From NCBI GenBank assembly GCA_963834385.1, contig CAWIBO010000002.1, positions 320,001 to 384,000 of the forward strand: a stretch of 64,000 nucleotides of DNA. Reading direction: 5' to 3'. This document shows, in pieces, positions 19,081-28,465 of the stretch. The number at the start of each line of letters is the position of its first letter. Position 1 is the stretch's first letter. Source of the stretch: an uncultured Verrucomicrobiae bacterium. GTDB lineage: Bacteria; Verrucomicrobiota; Verrucomicrobiia; Chthoniobacterales; UBA10450. The notes beneath the pieces were generated by a model that ran no database searches, had not been told where the DNA came from, and saw only the letters and a program-made list of their open reading frames with translations. Position numbers and translations under genes: made by a program.

Positions 19081-20532
19081 CTATAACCGGAGGCCGCGCG
19101 GGATGAGGACGCGATCGAGGAGATTGAATCCCCACTGGACGAGCAGGGCGAGCACGGCGGCCGGCACAGCCCCTTGCAGAATGGTGCCGTGGTCGTTCAG
19201 GTTTAGCCCGCTGATGATCGGTTCCCCATAGCCGCCGGCGCCGATCAGGGCCGCGAGAGTGGCGGTGCCGACGTTGATCACGGCGCTGGTCTTGATTCCG
19301 GCGAGGATGGAGCGCGAGGCCATCGGCAGATAAATCTGGCGGAGACGCGCCAGGGGAGAGAGGCCGAGCACCACCGCGGAATCGCGGATGGACCGGGGGA
19401 TATCCTGGAGCCCGGTGGCGGTATTCCGCACGATCGGAAGCAACCCGTAAAGGAAAAGCGCGGCGATGGCGGTGCGGATGCTGATCCCGAAAAACGGGAC
19501 GGGCACGAGCAGGGCAAGCAGGGCGAGGGAGGGAATGGTCTGCACCACCCCGGTTGCGCTCAGGATAACGTGCCCCAGCGCTCCGCCGCGACTGGCCGCG
19601 ATGCCGAGGGGAATGCCCACGGCAATGGAGAGCAAAAGGGAGAACGCCACCAGCTCGAGATGCCGGATGGTCCAGCGCCAGAAGGGTGACCGGGTCGGTC
19701 GCAGGGTCGGGGCCTCTTCAAAGAAGAGCGCTGCGGCCCGCGCGTAGTCCCGGGTTTCTTCCGCTGCGGCGTTCAGCCGGATCATGGCCTTTTCGTCCAG
19801 GGCGCCGTCCAGGCGGTTGAACAAGGGACGGAGCGACTGCTCCGCTTCGAGACGATAAAGAAAGACCGCCTTGTATTGCGGGAAGAAATTCCGGTCATCC
19901 ACCAGGGCAACGAGATCGTTCTGGCCGATCTTGGCGTCGGTGGAGTAGGCGTCCTTCAGGTCGATATCGCCGCGCTGGAGCGCGGCGTAGCCGAGGCCGT
20001 GGTCGATGCCGCGCACGTCGGCCGGGGAAAGTCCGTAATGTTGCGCCAACGGTCGCCAGCCGTCGCGCCGGTCAAGGAATTCGTGGGTGAAACCGTAGCG
20101 CAACCCGGGGTGACGCTGCAGATCGGAGATGGTGCGGAGGTTGAGTTTCCGGGAGAGCGCGCGGGGAACCACGAGCGCGTAGGTGTTGTTGAACCCGAGC
20201 TCGGGCGAGAGACCGACGCCATGGGGCGCCAGCTTTGCCTTCAGCTCGGCGGGCGATGTTCCCGGTGGCACGCGCAGGATTTCCTCGGCGATCGTGCCGG
20301 TGTAGTCGGGGTAAAGGGTGATCTGGCCGGAACGCAGCGCCTCCCAGAGGATGATGGTGCCGCCCATGCCCTGGCGATGTTCCACTGTCTCGCCCGCGTC
20401 CTGCAAGAGGCGTCGGGCCACCTCCGCCAGGACATAAGACTCGGTGAATTTCTTGGAACCGAGAACGATCGGCTCGGCCCGCGCCGGCAGGGCGCAGGAA
20501 ATCGCGAGAACAAAGAAGCAGAGCGTTTTCAT
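19081..20532 (-). CDS. ABC transporter substrate-binding/permease fusion (glycine betaine/ergothioneine QAC family)
   Basis: Signal peptide; GSKKFTESYVL, LGFNNTYA, DAYSTD SBP motifs; C-terminal permease QTIPSLALL...IGAGGYGE. Confidence 0.9.
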   Translation of the reverse strand: MKTLCFFVLAISCALPARAEPIVLGSKKFTESYVLAEVARRLLQDAGETVEHRQGMGGTIILWEALRSGQITLYPDYTGTIAEEILRVPPGTSPAELKAKLAPHGVGLSPELGFNNTYALVVPRALSRKLNLRTISDLQRHPGLRYGFTHEFLDRRDGWRPLAQHYGLSPADVRGIDHGLGYAALQRGDIDLKDAYSTDAKIGQNDLVALVDDRNFFPQYKAVFLYRLEAEQSLRPLFNRLDGALDEKAMIRLNAAAEETRDYARAAALFFEEAPTLRPTRSPFWRWTIRHLELVAFSLLLSIAVGIPLGIAASRGGALGHVILSATGVVQTIPSLALLALLVPVPFFGISIRTAIAALFLYGLLPIVRNTATGLQDIPRSIRDSAVVLGLSPLARLRQIYLPMASRSILAGIKTSAVINVGTATLAALIGAGGYGEPIISGLNLNDHGTILQGAVPAAVLALLVQWGFNLLDRVLIPRGLRL

Positions 20533-21269
20533 GAAACCATGGCGCCTTGCGCCTCCAAAAACTCACGCACAAACGGGGTCGCGGGCGCGCCGCGCAGATC
20601 AGGCAGGGAACCGCGCTGGACAATGCGCCCGTCCTGCAGCAGCACGATTTCGTCCGCCAAAAAACCGGCCTCGTGCAGATCGTGCGTCACGAGGATGGCC
20701 GTCTGGCCGAGCCCGGCGAAGATTTCCTTCAGCTCGCGCTGCAACTGGGCGCGCACCAGCGGATCGAGGGCGCCGAGCGGCTCGTCGAGCAGAAGCAGTT
20801 CCGGCTTGAGCATGAGCGCGCGCATCAGGCTGACGCGCTGACGCTGGCCGCCGGAGAGCTCGGCCGGGTAACGAACAAGCGCGGACGTGGGGAACCGGGT
20901 GAGGGTGCAGAGTTCGTCCACCCGGGCGCGCATGGCGTCGCGTTTCCAGCCGAGATTGCGCGCCATGAGGGTGACGTTGGCTTCCGCGGTGAGATGCGGG
21001 AAGAGACCGCCTTCCTGGATGACGTAACCGATCCGGCGCCGCAACCCCGGGAGAGCGGCTGGGGTGACCTTCTCGCCGGCGATCCGGACCGTTCCATGAT
21101 CCGGCGCGTCGAGCCCGGCCACAAGGCGCAGAAGAGTCGATTTGCCGCAACCGCTGGGGCCGATCACGGCGGTGGTGCGACCGGCCGGGAAAGCAAGGTC
21201 GAGCGCGGCCAGGGCAACGCAATCTCCGAACTGTTTATCAACCCCGGCGAGCTCAACGAGGGCGTTCAC
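20529..21269 (-). CDS. ABC transporter ATP-binding protein (OpuA/ProV-like)
   Basis: GPSGCGKST, LSGGQRQR, LLLDEP; GTG start overlaps egtD stop. Confidence 0.93.
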   Translation of the reverse strand: MNALVELAGVDKQFGDCVALAALDLAFPAGRTTAVIGPSGCGKSTLLRLVAGLDAPDHGTVRIAGEKVTPAALPGLRRRIGYVIQEGGLFPHLTAEANVTLMARNLGWKRDAMRARVDELCTLTRFPTSALVRYPAELSGGQRQRVSLMRALMLKPELLLLDEPLGALDPLVRAQLQRELKEIFAGLGQTAILVTHDLHEAGFLADEIVLLQDGRIVQRGSLPDLRGAPATPFVREFLEAQGAMVS

Positions 21270-22243
21270 GCCCGCGCGGTGAAGAAGAAAACGGCGAAAT
21301 AGTTGTTCGAGTCCGTCCACATCTCCTGGCGCTCGAACCCGGCCTGCGCGGCCATCTCGGCGAAGCCTTTCGGCGTGTGCTTGTAGGAGAACTCCGTGAT
21401 GATGAAATCGTCGGGAGCGAAGGCAAAGGCCTCCTCGTCGAGATGAACGGTCTGCTTCTGCCGGCTGAGAAGGTGCATCTCGATGCGGCCCCGGGGCTCG
21501 TTGTAGACGGCGCGATGGCGCCAGCCGGCGAGATCGAAGTCGGTCCCGAGTTCCCGGTTGGCGCGGGTCAGCAGATTCAGGTTGAAGGCGGCGGTGACGC
21601 CGGCGGCGTCGTTGTAGGCCGCCTCGAGGACGGCGCGATCCTTCTCGAGGTCAACGCCGATGAGAAGGCCGCCGTCGGGGCTGGCGACACGGGCGATGCG
21701 CTTGAGGAAATTGAGCGCTTCACCGGGCTCCAGGTTCCCGATGGTGGAGCCGGGGAAGTAGACCACGGTGCGGGCGGGCTGCTCTTTGGGCGTGGGCAGC
21801 TGGACAGGCTGCATGTAATCGGCCCAGACCGGCAGCGTCTCCATGGCGGGGAAATCCGCGCGGAACCGTTCGGCCGATTCGTAGAGCTGTTCGCGCGAGA
21901 TATCGACCGGGAGATAGGCCACCGGATCCTGCAGCGCCTCGATGATCAGGCGCGTCTTGGTGCCGGCGCCGGTGCCGAGGCCGATGAGCTGGAGACGGGG
22001 ACCGAGGGCGCGCGCCATCTCGGGCGCGCTTTGCTGGAGGATGGAAAGCTCCGTGCGCGTGACGTAATACTCAGGGAGCTCGCAAATCGCGCCGAACAGC
22101 TCCGAGCCGCGATCGTCGTAAAAGAACTTGCTCGGCAACCGGGGCGGCGTTTGCCGGAGCCCACGCAGGACCTCGGCGCGGAAATCGTCCACCGTGGGGG
22201 CGGGATCAAGAGTGGCGCCGCCGGCGCCGGGATCGAACTTCAT
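21266..22243 (-). CDS. egtD: L-histidine N(alpha)-methyltransferase
   Basis: LPSKFFYDDRGSELF..ICELPEYY, PGSTIGN, AYNDAAGVTAAFNLN, TEFSYK. Confidence 0.93.
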   Translation of the reverse strand: MKFDPGAGGATLDPAPTVDDFRAEVLRGLRQTPPRLPSKFFYDDRGSELFGAICELPEYYVTRTELSILQQSAPEMARALGPRLQLIGLGTGAGTKTRLIIEALQDPVAYLPVDISREQLYESAERFRADFPAMETLPVWADYMQPVQLPTPKEQPARTVVYFPGSTIGNLEPGEALNFLKRIARVASPDGGLLIGVDLEKDRAVLEAAYNDAAGVTAAFNLNLLTRANRELGTDFDLAGWRHRAVYNEPRGRIEMHLLSRQKQTVHLDEEAFAFAPDDFIITEFSYKHTPKGFAEMAAQAGFERQEMWTDSNNYFAVFFFTARA

Positions 22244-23550
22244 GCGAGATCGCGCGCCAGGCGGAGGCCGGTGAACTGCCAGCGCTTCTCCGGCTGGAAG
22301 AAATTGCGATAGGTCCGGCGGACATGATCCTGGGAGGTGGCGCAGGAGCCGCCGCGCAGGACGTATTGGTTGCACATGAACTTGCCGTTGTACTCGCCGA
22401 GCGCGCCGGGAGCGGCCTTGTAACCGGGATAGGGAGCGTAGGAGGAACGGGTCCATTCCCAGACATCGCCGAACATTTGCCTAAGACCGCTGCTGCTTTC
22501 GCCGGCGGGCGCAGGATGATATCGGCGCTGATTCACGAAATTGCCTTCGATGGGCTGGCCGGCAGCGGCGTGTTCCCATTCAAACTCCGTCGGGAGCCGC
22601 GCGCCTGCCCAGTTGGCGTAGGCGTCCGCCTCGAAATAGCTCAGGTGGGTCACCGGCTCGGACGGGTTGACCGGGCGAAAACCGGAAAGGGTGAAATTCC
22701 ACCAGACCCCGTCCTTCTCTTCCCAATAGAGGGGAGCCCGCCATCCGCCGGGGACCGACTCCTGCAAGGTGGACCAGCCGAGCGAGAGCCAGAGCTCCGA
22801 GCGCTCGTAACCGCGGTCCTGCATGAAATTCATGTATTCGCCGTTCGTGACGGGCCGATCGGCCAGACTGAACGGGAGAATGAGGACGCGATGGCGCGGC
22901 GATTCGTTGTCGTAGGAAAAACCGGCGCCGGCGTGGCCCATCTCGACGGTGGCTTCGTCGAAATCGACGAAGCGGAGCGGCGGCGGCGCGGTCTTGGAAC
23001 CGGGCGCGGCCTCGCGGTAAACCGGCCGGAGCGGGTTTTGCGCGAGGACATGCTTGATGTCGGTGAGGAGCAGCTCCTGGTGCTGCTGTTCGTGGTTGAA
23101 ACCGAGGATGAGAAGCGGCTCAAGTGTTTCCAGCAGGTCGCTGTCCGCTCCCTCGAGGAGCTGGAAGAGGGCATCGTCAACCGAGCGGCGGAAGGCAAAG
23201 GTCTCGGCGAGGGTGGGGCGCGAGATGAGGCCGCGCAGGTCGCGCTGGTGCATGTCGCCCGCGGCATTGTAGTAGGAGTTGAAAAGATAGGCGTACTCGG
23301 GCGCGGCGCTCTCGTAACCGGGGAGATGCGGTTTGAGCAGAAACGTCTCGAAGAACCAGCTGGTGTGCGCCAGGTGCCATTTCGTCGGGCTGACGTCGGG
23401 CATGGATTGCACGACGCAATCCTCCGGCTCCAGCGGCTGACAAAGTTCCTCGGTGAACTGGCGCACCTCGCGGTAGCGCCGCCGCAGGAGATCGGCAGGC
23501 GTGGCCGATCGTGTTGTCCGGGCCGGCTCGAGCGGGGGTGAAGAAAGCAT
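22240..23550 (-). CDS. egtB: ergothioneine sulfoxide synthase
   Basis: SPTKWHLAH, FNSYY, HEQQHQELL iron ligands; FGE-like C-terminal domain GEYNGKFM..RGGS. Confidence 0.93.
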   Translation of the reverse strand: MLSSPPLEPARTTRSATPADLLRRRYREVRQFTEELCQPLEPEDCVVQSMPDVSPTKWHLAHTSWFFETFLLKPHLPGYESAAPEYAYLFNSYYNAAGDMHQRDLRGLISRPTLAETFAFRRSVDDALFQLLEGADSDLLETLEPLLILGFNHEQQHQELLLTDIKHVLAQNPLRPVYREAAPGSKTAPPPLRFVDFDEATVEMGHAGAGFSYDNESPRHRVLILPFSLADRPVTNGEYMNFMQDRGYERSELWLSLGWSTLQESVPGGWRAPLYWEEKDGVWWNFTLSGFRPVNPSEPVTHLSYFEADAYANWAGARLPTEFEWEHAAAGQPIEGNFVNQRRYHPAPAGESSSGLRQMFGDVWEWTRSSYAPYPGYKAAPGALGEYNGKFMCNQYVLRGGSCATSQDHVRRTYRNFFQPEKRWQFTGLRLARDLA

Positions 23551-23557
23551 GCTCAAG

Positions 23558-23953
23558 TCAACCTTCGGCGGCCTGGTCCCCCTTGGCGGCCTCGACCCGC
23601 TGGTCGTGCACGGCTTCTTCCACGCCATCGGCGACCAGGCGTTCCCCCAGCATCTCGTCACCATCCTCGGTGCCGCGCCGGGCGCGATGCCCGTGGCTTT
23701 CCGGGATGATCTCGTGCTCGTCGGACGATTGTTCCTCACCGCCATCGATCTCCTCGGGAGCATGATGGGAGGCGGTGCCGATCAGCTCGCGGCGGGCCTC
23801 CTGCCAGTCGGCCTCGGTAAATTCGTTTGGATCGCGCTCATCGATCATGGCAATCTCACGTGCCCGCTTTTCCACCATCTCGGGAGTCGCCGCGCCCATT
23901 CCATTCCCATGCACCGTGATCCTGCCCGAGCGAGATTGAGAATTGTCATTCAT
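23558..23953 (-). CDS. acidic hypothetical protein
   Basis: Clean ORF directly upstream of egtB; VEKRAREIA...DWQEARREL. Confidence 0.65.
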   Translation of the reverse strand: MNDNSQSRSGRITVHGNGMGAATPEMVEKRAREIAMIDERDPNEFTEADWQEARRELIGTASHHAPEEIDGGEEQSSDEHEIIPESHGHRARRGTEDGDEMLGERLVADGVEEAVHDQRVEAAKGDQAAEG

Positions 23954-24051
23954 ACATTCTTATACGGAGACGGGAGGCCTTTTGCTCGCATCCCATTCAC
24001 CGCTCCGCGGCCTGGCCCCGGAAGCGTCTTCTCCCCGCCAATCTACAGGCG

Positions 24052-24918
24052 ATGATGCAGCGCGTTCAACTGCAAAGCGGCCAGACCATTGCCCTGGAGG
24101 AATATGGCGACCCGCGGGGCGTGCCCGTGCTCTTTTTTCATGGCTGGCCGAGTTCCCGCACCATGGCCTCGATCATGGACGAGGCCGCCCGCGAGCTGCG
24201 GGTGCGCATTCTTTCGCCCGACCGCCCGGGCATCCGCGACTCGAGCCTGCAGGAAAACCGTTCGTTGCGCGACTGGCCGGAGCTGGTGCGCGAACTGGCG
24301 AACCGGCTGGGCCTGGAAAAATTTCGGGTCCTGGGAATTTCGGGGGGCGCGCCCTATGCCTTTATCACGGGAGCAATGCTGCCGGAACTGGTCGAAACCA
24401 TCGCAGTGGTCAGCGGCGCGCCACCAATCGCGGAGCTTCCCGACCGGTCCGGGTTGCTGCACTGGTATCGGCTTCTCCTGGCCCTGCACGGGAGAGCGCC
24501 GCGGCTGCTCCAGGCCGGGTTTTACTGTGCCCGGCCCTTCGCGGCCCGGCGCATTCCGCTGCGGTTGCGCCCGTTTCTGCTCCGGTTGCTTCAGGCCAAC
24601 GATGCCCAGGTCATGCGTGATGTGCGCGCCTTCGACGCCTGCTACGAGAGCGCCCGCCTGGCCTGGCGGGCTTCCGCGCGCGGTCTCATGGTCGATGCCG
24701 AGATCTATGCGCGGCCCTGGGGATTTGCGCTCGACGAGGTGCAGGTCCCCGTTCGTCTCTGGCATGGACGCAACGACAGCGCGTTTTCCTGGCGGCTGGC
24801 GGAAAGCACCGCGGCCCGTCTGCCGCGAGTCGAGTTGCGGGTCGTGGAAAACGAAGGCCATTTTTCGCTGCCGATCCGGCATGCCGGGACGATCCTGGCT
24901 GATCTTCTTCGCGTATAA
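24052..24918 (+). CDS. alpha/beta hydrolase
   Basis: HGWPSSR, DRPG, GISGG nucleophile elbow, WHGRND, EGH. Confidence 0.9.
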   Translation: MMQRVQLQSGQTIALEEYGDPRGVPVLFFHGWPSSRTMASIMDEAARELRVRILSPDRPGIRDSSLQENRSLRDWPELVRELANRLGLEKFRVLGISGGAPYAFITGAMLPELVETIAVVSGAPPIAELPDRSGLLHWYRLLLALHGRAPRLLQAGFYCARPFAARRIPLRLRPFLLRLLQANDAQVMRDVRAFDACYESARLAWRASARGLMVDAEIYARPWGFALDEVQVPVRLWHGRNDSAFSWRLAESTAARLPRVELRVVENEGHFSLPIRHAGTILADLLRV

Positions 24919-24975
24919 GGCTTGCCGCGGGGGCTCCGGTCGCATATCAGCGTATCCCCGCCCGTGGGCGGAACG

Positions 24976-26061
24976 ATGAAAGCGCGCGAATCAGAAGATT
25001 TCACGGCCGGGACAACGCAGAGCCAGCCTTCCCGCCGCCAATCCACCCTGGAGCCCCCGTTTGACGAGCGGATCCGCCAGCTCGTGGCCGACTGGGGGGC
25101 ACCGAAGTCGCCCGAACTGATCGAGGAAATGATCGTGACCGTTCTGAAGATGTCGCGCGACGGCATGGGCACGGGCGACCTGAAACTGACGGTGCGCTCG
25201 CTCAAGGAACTGCGTTATGCCTCAAAGATTTTCGCGGCCTACCGGCAATACCGAAAGGTGGCGGTTTTTGGCTCGGCCCGAACGGATCCTGCGTCCCCTG
25301 AGTTCCTTGCCGCGGAGGAATTCGGCCGGGAGATGGTGAAAAGCGATTACATGGTCATCACCGGGGGCGGCGATGGCATCATGGGCGCGGCGCAAAAAGG
25401 GGCGGGCCGCGACAACAGCTTTGGGCTGAACATCCGGCTCCCGTTCGAGCAGTCGGCCAATCCGATCATCGAGGGCGACCGGAAGCTGATAAACTTCAAT
25501 TACTTCTTCACCCGCAAACTGAATTTTATGAAGGAAACGCATGCCTTCGCGCTTTTCCCGGGCGGGTTCGGAACGATGGATGAGGGATTTGAGGCGCTGA
25601 CCCTGATGCAGACCGGCAAAAGCCGGATCATCCCGGTGGTGCTGGTGGATCGGCCGGGCGGAACCTACTGGGAGACGTGGATGAAGTTCCTTCGCCAGCA
25701 TTTGCTCGAGCGGGGGCTGATCTCGCCGGAGGATTTCCATTTCTTCAAGGTGGCGGAAGGCGTGTCCGAGGCGGTGCAGGAGATCCTGCATTTCTACCGG
25801 ATCTATTTTTCCTCCCGCTGGGTGGGGGACGAGCTGGTCTTTCGCCTGAACCATCGTCTGCCGCAGAAGGCGGTGGACCGCTTGAACGACGATTTCGCGG
25901 ACATCCTGCGTGAGGGAAAGTTCGTCCAGGGCAGCGCCTTGGCGGCGGAAAAGAACGAGCCGGAGATCGCGGACATGCCGCGGCTGATCTTTACGCCGCA
26001 CCGGCGCAGTTTTGGCCGGTTCCGGCAGTTGATTGACGCCTTGAACGACGCCGAGCTCTAG
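24976..26061 (+). CDS. LOG family (TIGR00730-like) nucleotide phosphoribohydrolase
   Basis: FGSART, TGGGDGIM, FFTRK, PGGFGTMDE. Confidence 0.9.
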   Translation: MKARESEDFTAGTTQSQPSRRQSTLEPPFDERIRQLVADWGAPKSPELIEEMIVTVLKMSRDGMGTGDLKLTVRSLKELRYASKIFAAYRQYRKVAVFGSARTDPASPEFLAAEEFGREMVKSDYMVITGGGDGIMGAAQKGAGRDNSFGLNIRLPFEQSANPIIEGDRKLINFNYFFTRKLNFMKETHAFALFPGGFGTMDEGFEALTLMQTGKSRIIPVVLVDRPGGTYWETWMKFLRQHLLERGLISPEDFHFFKVAEGVSEAVQEILHFYRIYFSSRWVGDELVFRLNHRLPQKAVDRLNDDFADILREGKFVQGSALAAEKNEPEIADMPRLIFTPHRRSFGRFRQLIDALNDAEL

Positions 26062-26098
26062 GGGGAACCCGCCCGGTTTTCGGGCCGGGAACGGGTTT

Positions 26099-26115
26099 TG
26101 GGCATCGCTCCTGCT
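26099..26115 (+). promoter_or_regulatory. possible sigma54 promoter
   Basis: TGGGCATCGCTCCTGCT = GG-N10-GC, 21 bp upstream of the ORF at 26136. Confidence 0.35.
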
Positions 26116-26135
26116 GCTTTTGGCAGGCCGAGGCC

Positions 26136-26426
26136 ATGAAACGCTATGTTTTGAACCTGGGCGGCTACGAATCGACCCCGATGAGCGAACGGGAAATCCG
26201 TCAGCTTTTCCAGACCGGCGCGGTCGAAGCCGTGACCCCGTGCTGTGCCGCGCGGGCCGACACCTGGAGCACCGTGGAAGCCATCTTTCCGTCGCTCAAG
26301 AACGAGGTCCGGTATGGGCAGGTCAAGTTCGCACCCGGCGCGGGACCGATGCGGCGGACCGTGGCCCGTCTCCTGGTGGCTCCCTCCGCGAACGAACTCA
26401 TGAACCTGATCGGTTCCCGCCCGTAG
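26136..26426 (+). CDS. hypothetical protein (GYF_2-like N-terminus)
   Basis: GAGG RBS; PMSEREIRQLFQTGAVEAVT..W pattern. Confidence 0.55.
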   Translation: MKRYVLNLGGYESTPMSEREIRQLFQTGAVEAVTPCCAARADTWSTVEAIFPSLKNEVRYGQVKFAPGAGPMRRTVARLLVAPSANELMNLIGSRP

Positions 26427-26452
26427 GCGAGGCCGCGCAGGAGAAGGAATTG

Positions 26453-26588
26453 AATTTGGAAACCAGGAAACCAGGAAGGGAAAAACGAATCAGGAACGTA
26501 GGAAAGCAGGAACTGCAGAGGATTAATTTCCTGCTTTCCTCTTTTCCTGATTGATCCCTCTTCTTCCTGGTTTCCTGGCTTCCAAATT
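26453..26588. repeat. intergenic inverted-repeat element (CCAGGAA family)
   Basis: AATTTGGAAACCAGGAAACCAGGAA ... TTCCTGGTTTCCTGGCTTCCAAATT long hairpin. Confidence 0.9.
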
Positions 26589-26598
26589 CCTTCCAGGA

Positions 26599-27096
26599 TC
26601 AGAGCTTGCCGGTGACGAGCTGGGCGAGGCGTTGCAGGCCGGCCAGGTCTTCCTCGTCGAAGCGTTCGAGGTAGGGACTATCGAGATCGAGCACGCCGAA
26701 AAGGCGACCGGTGGGTGAGAGCAGGGGAATGACCAGCTCCGAACGCGTGGCGATGTCGCACGCGATGTGACCGGGAAACTTGTGGACGTCCGGCACGCGC
26801 AACGGCTTGCGCTCCTGCGCCGCCGTCCCGCAGACGCCGCGGCCGAGGGGGATGCGCACGCAGGCCGGTTTGCCCTGGAAAGGCCCGAGGACCAGTTCGC
26901 CTCCGCGCAGAAGGTAAAAGCCGGCCCAGTTCAGGTCGGGAACGGAGTGATAGATCAGGGCCACGCAGTTGGCGAGGTTCGCGGTCGCGTTCGGTTCGTC
27001 GGCGATCAGCGCCCGCAGCTGTTCCAGCAGCTCGCGATAAAGATCCGGTTTCGATTTCTCGCGCGCCTCCGCCGTGCTCATCACCGTCACGTTCAT
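26599..27096 (-). CDS. msrC: GAF-domain free methionine-R-sulfoxide reductase
   Basis: NWAGFY..LGPFQGKPAC..GRGVCG..HIACD..SELVIP..DLDS. Confidence 0.88.
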   Translation of the reverse strand: MNVTVMSTAEAREKSKPDLYRELLEQLRALIADEPNATANLANCVALIYHSVPDLNWAGFYLLRGGELVLGPFQGKPACVRIPLGRGVCGTAAQERKPLRVPDVHKFPGHIACDIATRSELVIPLLSPTGRLFGVLDLDSPYLERFDEEDLAGLQRLAQLVTGKL

Positions 27097-27362
27097 CAGG
27101 CCGCGGCTTTTTTCTCGAGGATGTAGTCGTGGATCGTGTTCACGTTCTGCAAAACTTTGCCGGCCACCTCCGAGTTGGGCACGCCCACCCCGAACGTTTT
27201 CTCCATGCTCACGACCAGCTCGAGCGCGTCGATGGAATCCAGCCCAAGACCGTTCGGGCCAAAGAGCGGCGTATCATCCGCGATTTCGGCCGCGGTGGTC
27301 TGCAGCATCAGGCTTTTTACGAGCATTTCCTTGATGCGGCTACGGAGATCGGGCTCGGACAT
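27096..27362 (-). CDS. acyl carrier protein
   Basis: GLGLDSIDALELVV phosphopantetheine motif. Confidence 0.92.
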   Translation of the reverse strand: MSEPDLRSRIKEMLVKSLMLQTTAAEIADDTPLFGPNGLGLDSIDALELVVSMEKTFGVGVPNSEVAGKVLQNVNTIHDYILEKKAAA

Positions 27363-27424
27363 AAAATGGAGTGCGACAATCCCGCAAGAGGCGGCGAAGT
27401 CAACCGGCGGCAGGTTTGCCGGCC

Positions 27425-27748
27425 TTAGATCTGGTCCGCTTTGCTGCCCGGCTCGACCGTCTGATTCGGGTCAGGCCGGACCACGCTGTCGCCCGCCGCA
27501 TTCTCGATCCGGGGAATGGTCGGGGTGGTGGCCACGGTGCTGGAGGCGGCCTTGGTCTTCGGCTCGTCGGCCCGGTTCAGTTCTTCGCTGAAATCGTCCT
27601 TGGCCTTCTGAAACTCGCGAATGGCCTGTCCCATGCCGCGGGCCAGTTCCGGCAGCTTCCGCGCACCGAAAAGCACGAGGATGATCACCAGGATAATGAT
27701 CAGTTCCTGCCCGCCCAGGTTCATGAAAGCCAGATGTTCGCTGCCCAC
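27425..27748 (-). CDS. tatA: twin-arginine translocase TatA/E
   Basis: ELIIILVIILVLFGARKLPELARGMGQAIREFQK. Confidence 0.93.
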   Translation of the reverse strand: MGSEHLAFMNLGGQELIIILVIILVLFGARKLPELARGMGQAIREFQKAKDDFSEELNRADEPKTKAASSTVATTPTIPRIENAAGDSVVRPDPNQTVEPGSKADQI

Positions 27749-27811
27749 GGGAGAAGAATGGTGCCATTCCGGCGGCTTGCCAAGGCATTTCAGGCCGGGG
27801 CCGGCCCGTCT

Positions 27812-28456
27812 TCACCCACCGAAAACGTAGGCGAAACGTTCAATGTCGACCTGGAACTTCCGGGCGATCACCTCCCGGGTGCGCTCGTTGTAATAGTCGG
27901 TGTAGGGCCGGGCGCGGGGATTGGCTTTCCGATGGGGCAGGCTCGGAGAAACGCCGATCTTTTCCGCGACCGTGGCCCAATCCTCCTCCAGCCGCTCGAA
28001 GCGCCCGATAAAATCGACCAGGATTTCGCCATCGGGACTGACGAACCAGTCGAGCTGCTGACGGTGCGGGGAGGAATGAACGCAGGTGGCGCTGGCATAC
28101 TCGATCCAATCGACGAACTGCTCAAAGGTCATCTGTTCCTTCATTTGCACGGCCTCGTTCCGTTCGTAGAGGGAGACGACCCGGTCCCAGGGATTGCGCA
28201 CGAAGCCAAACTTGAAATAGGCGGCGAATTGCTCGCGGCCACGACGGATCCGCTGCGCTTTCGGGAGAAGGCCGTAAAGACTTTCCATGAGCCGGTCGCG
28301 CCGCCCGCCGCGCTGCATCCATTGCGTTTCCATCTGCGTCCTGATCTCCCAGATATTGAGATGGGGCTTCAGAGCGGGCCCGAGCACGGCCCGGATGCTG
28401 GTCGAGCCCGTCTTGGGGACTTCAACAAAGATGCAGCGGTGACGATGGGAAACCAC
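27812..28456 (-). CDS. sulfotransferase family 2 protein
   Basis: VPKTGSTS (5'-PSB), RNPWDRVVS (3'-PB), DFIGRFERL. Confidence 0.87.
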   Translation of the reverse strand: MVSHRHRCIFVEVPKTGSTSIRAVLGPALKPHLNIWEIRTQMETQWMQRGGRRDRLMESLYGLLPKAQRIRRGREQFAAYFKFGFVRNPWDRVVSLYERNEAVQMKEQMTFEQFVDWIEYASATCVHSSPHRQQLDWFVSPDGEILVDFIGRFERLEEDWATVAEKIGVSPSLPHRKANPRARPYTDYYNERTREVIARKFQVDIERFAYVFGG

Positions 28457-28465
28457 AGGCGGAGC

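Noticed and set aside
22240..23550. Selenoneine (SenA) or ovothiol (OvoA) synthase
   Set aside because: No senB or selD neighbours and no C-terminal methyltransferase domain; the adjacent egtD supports ergothioneine.
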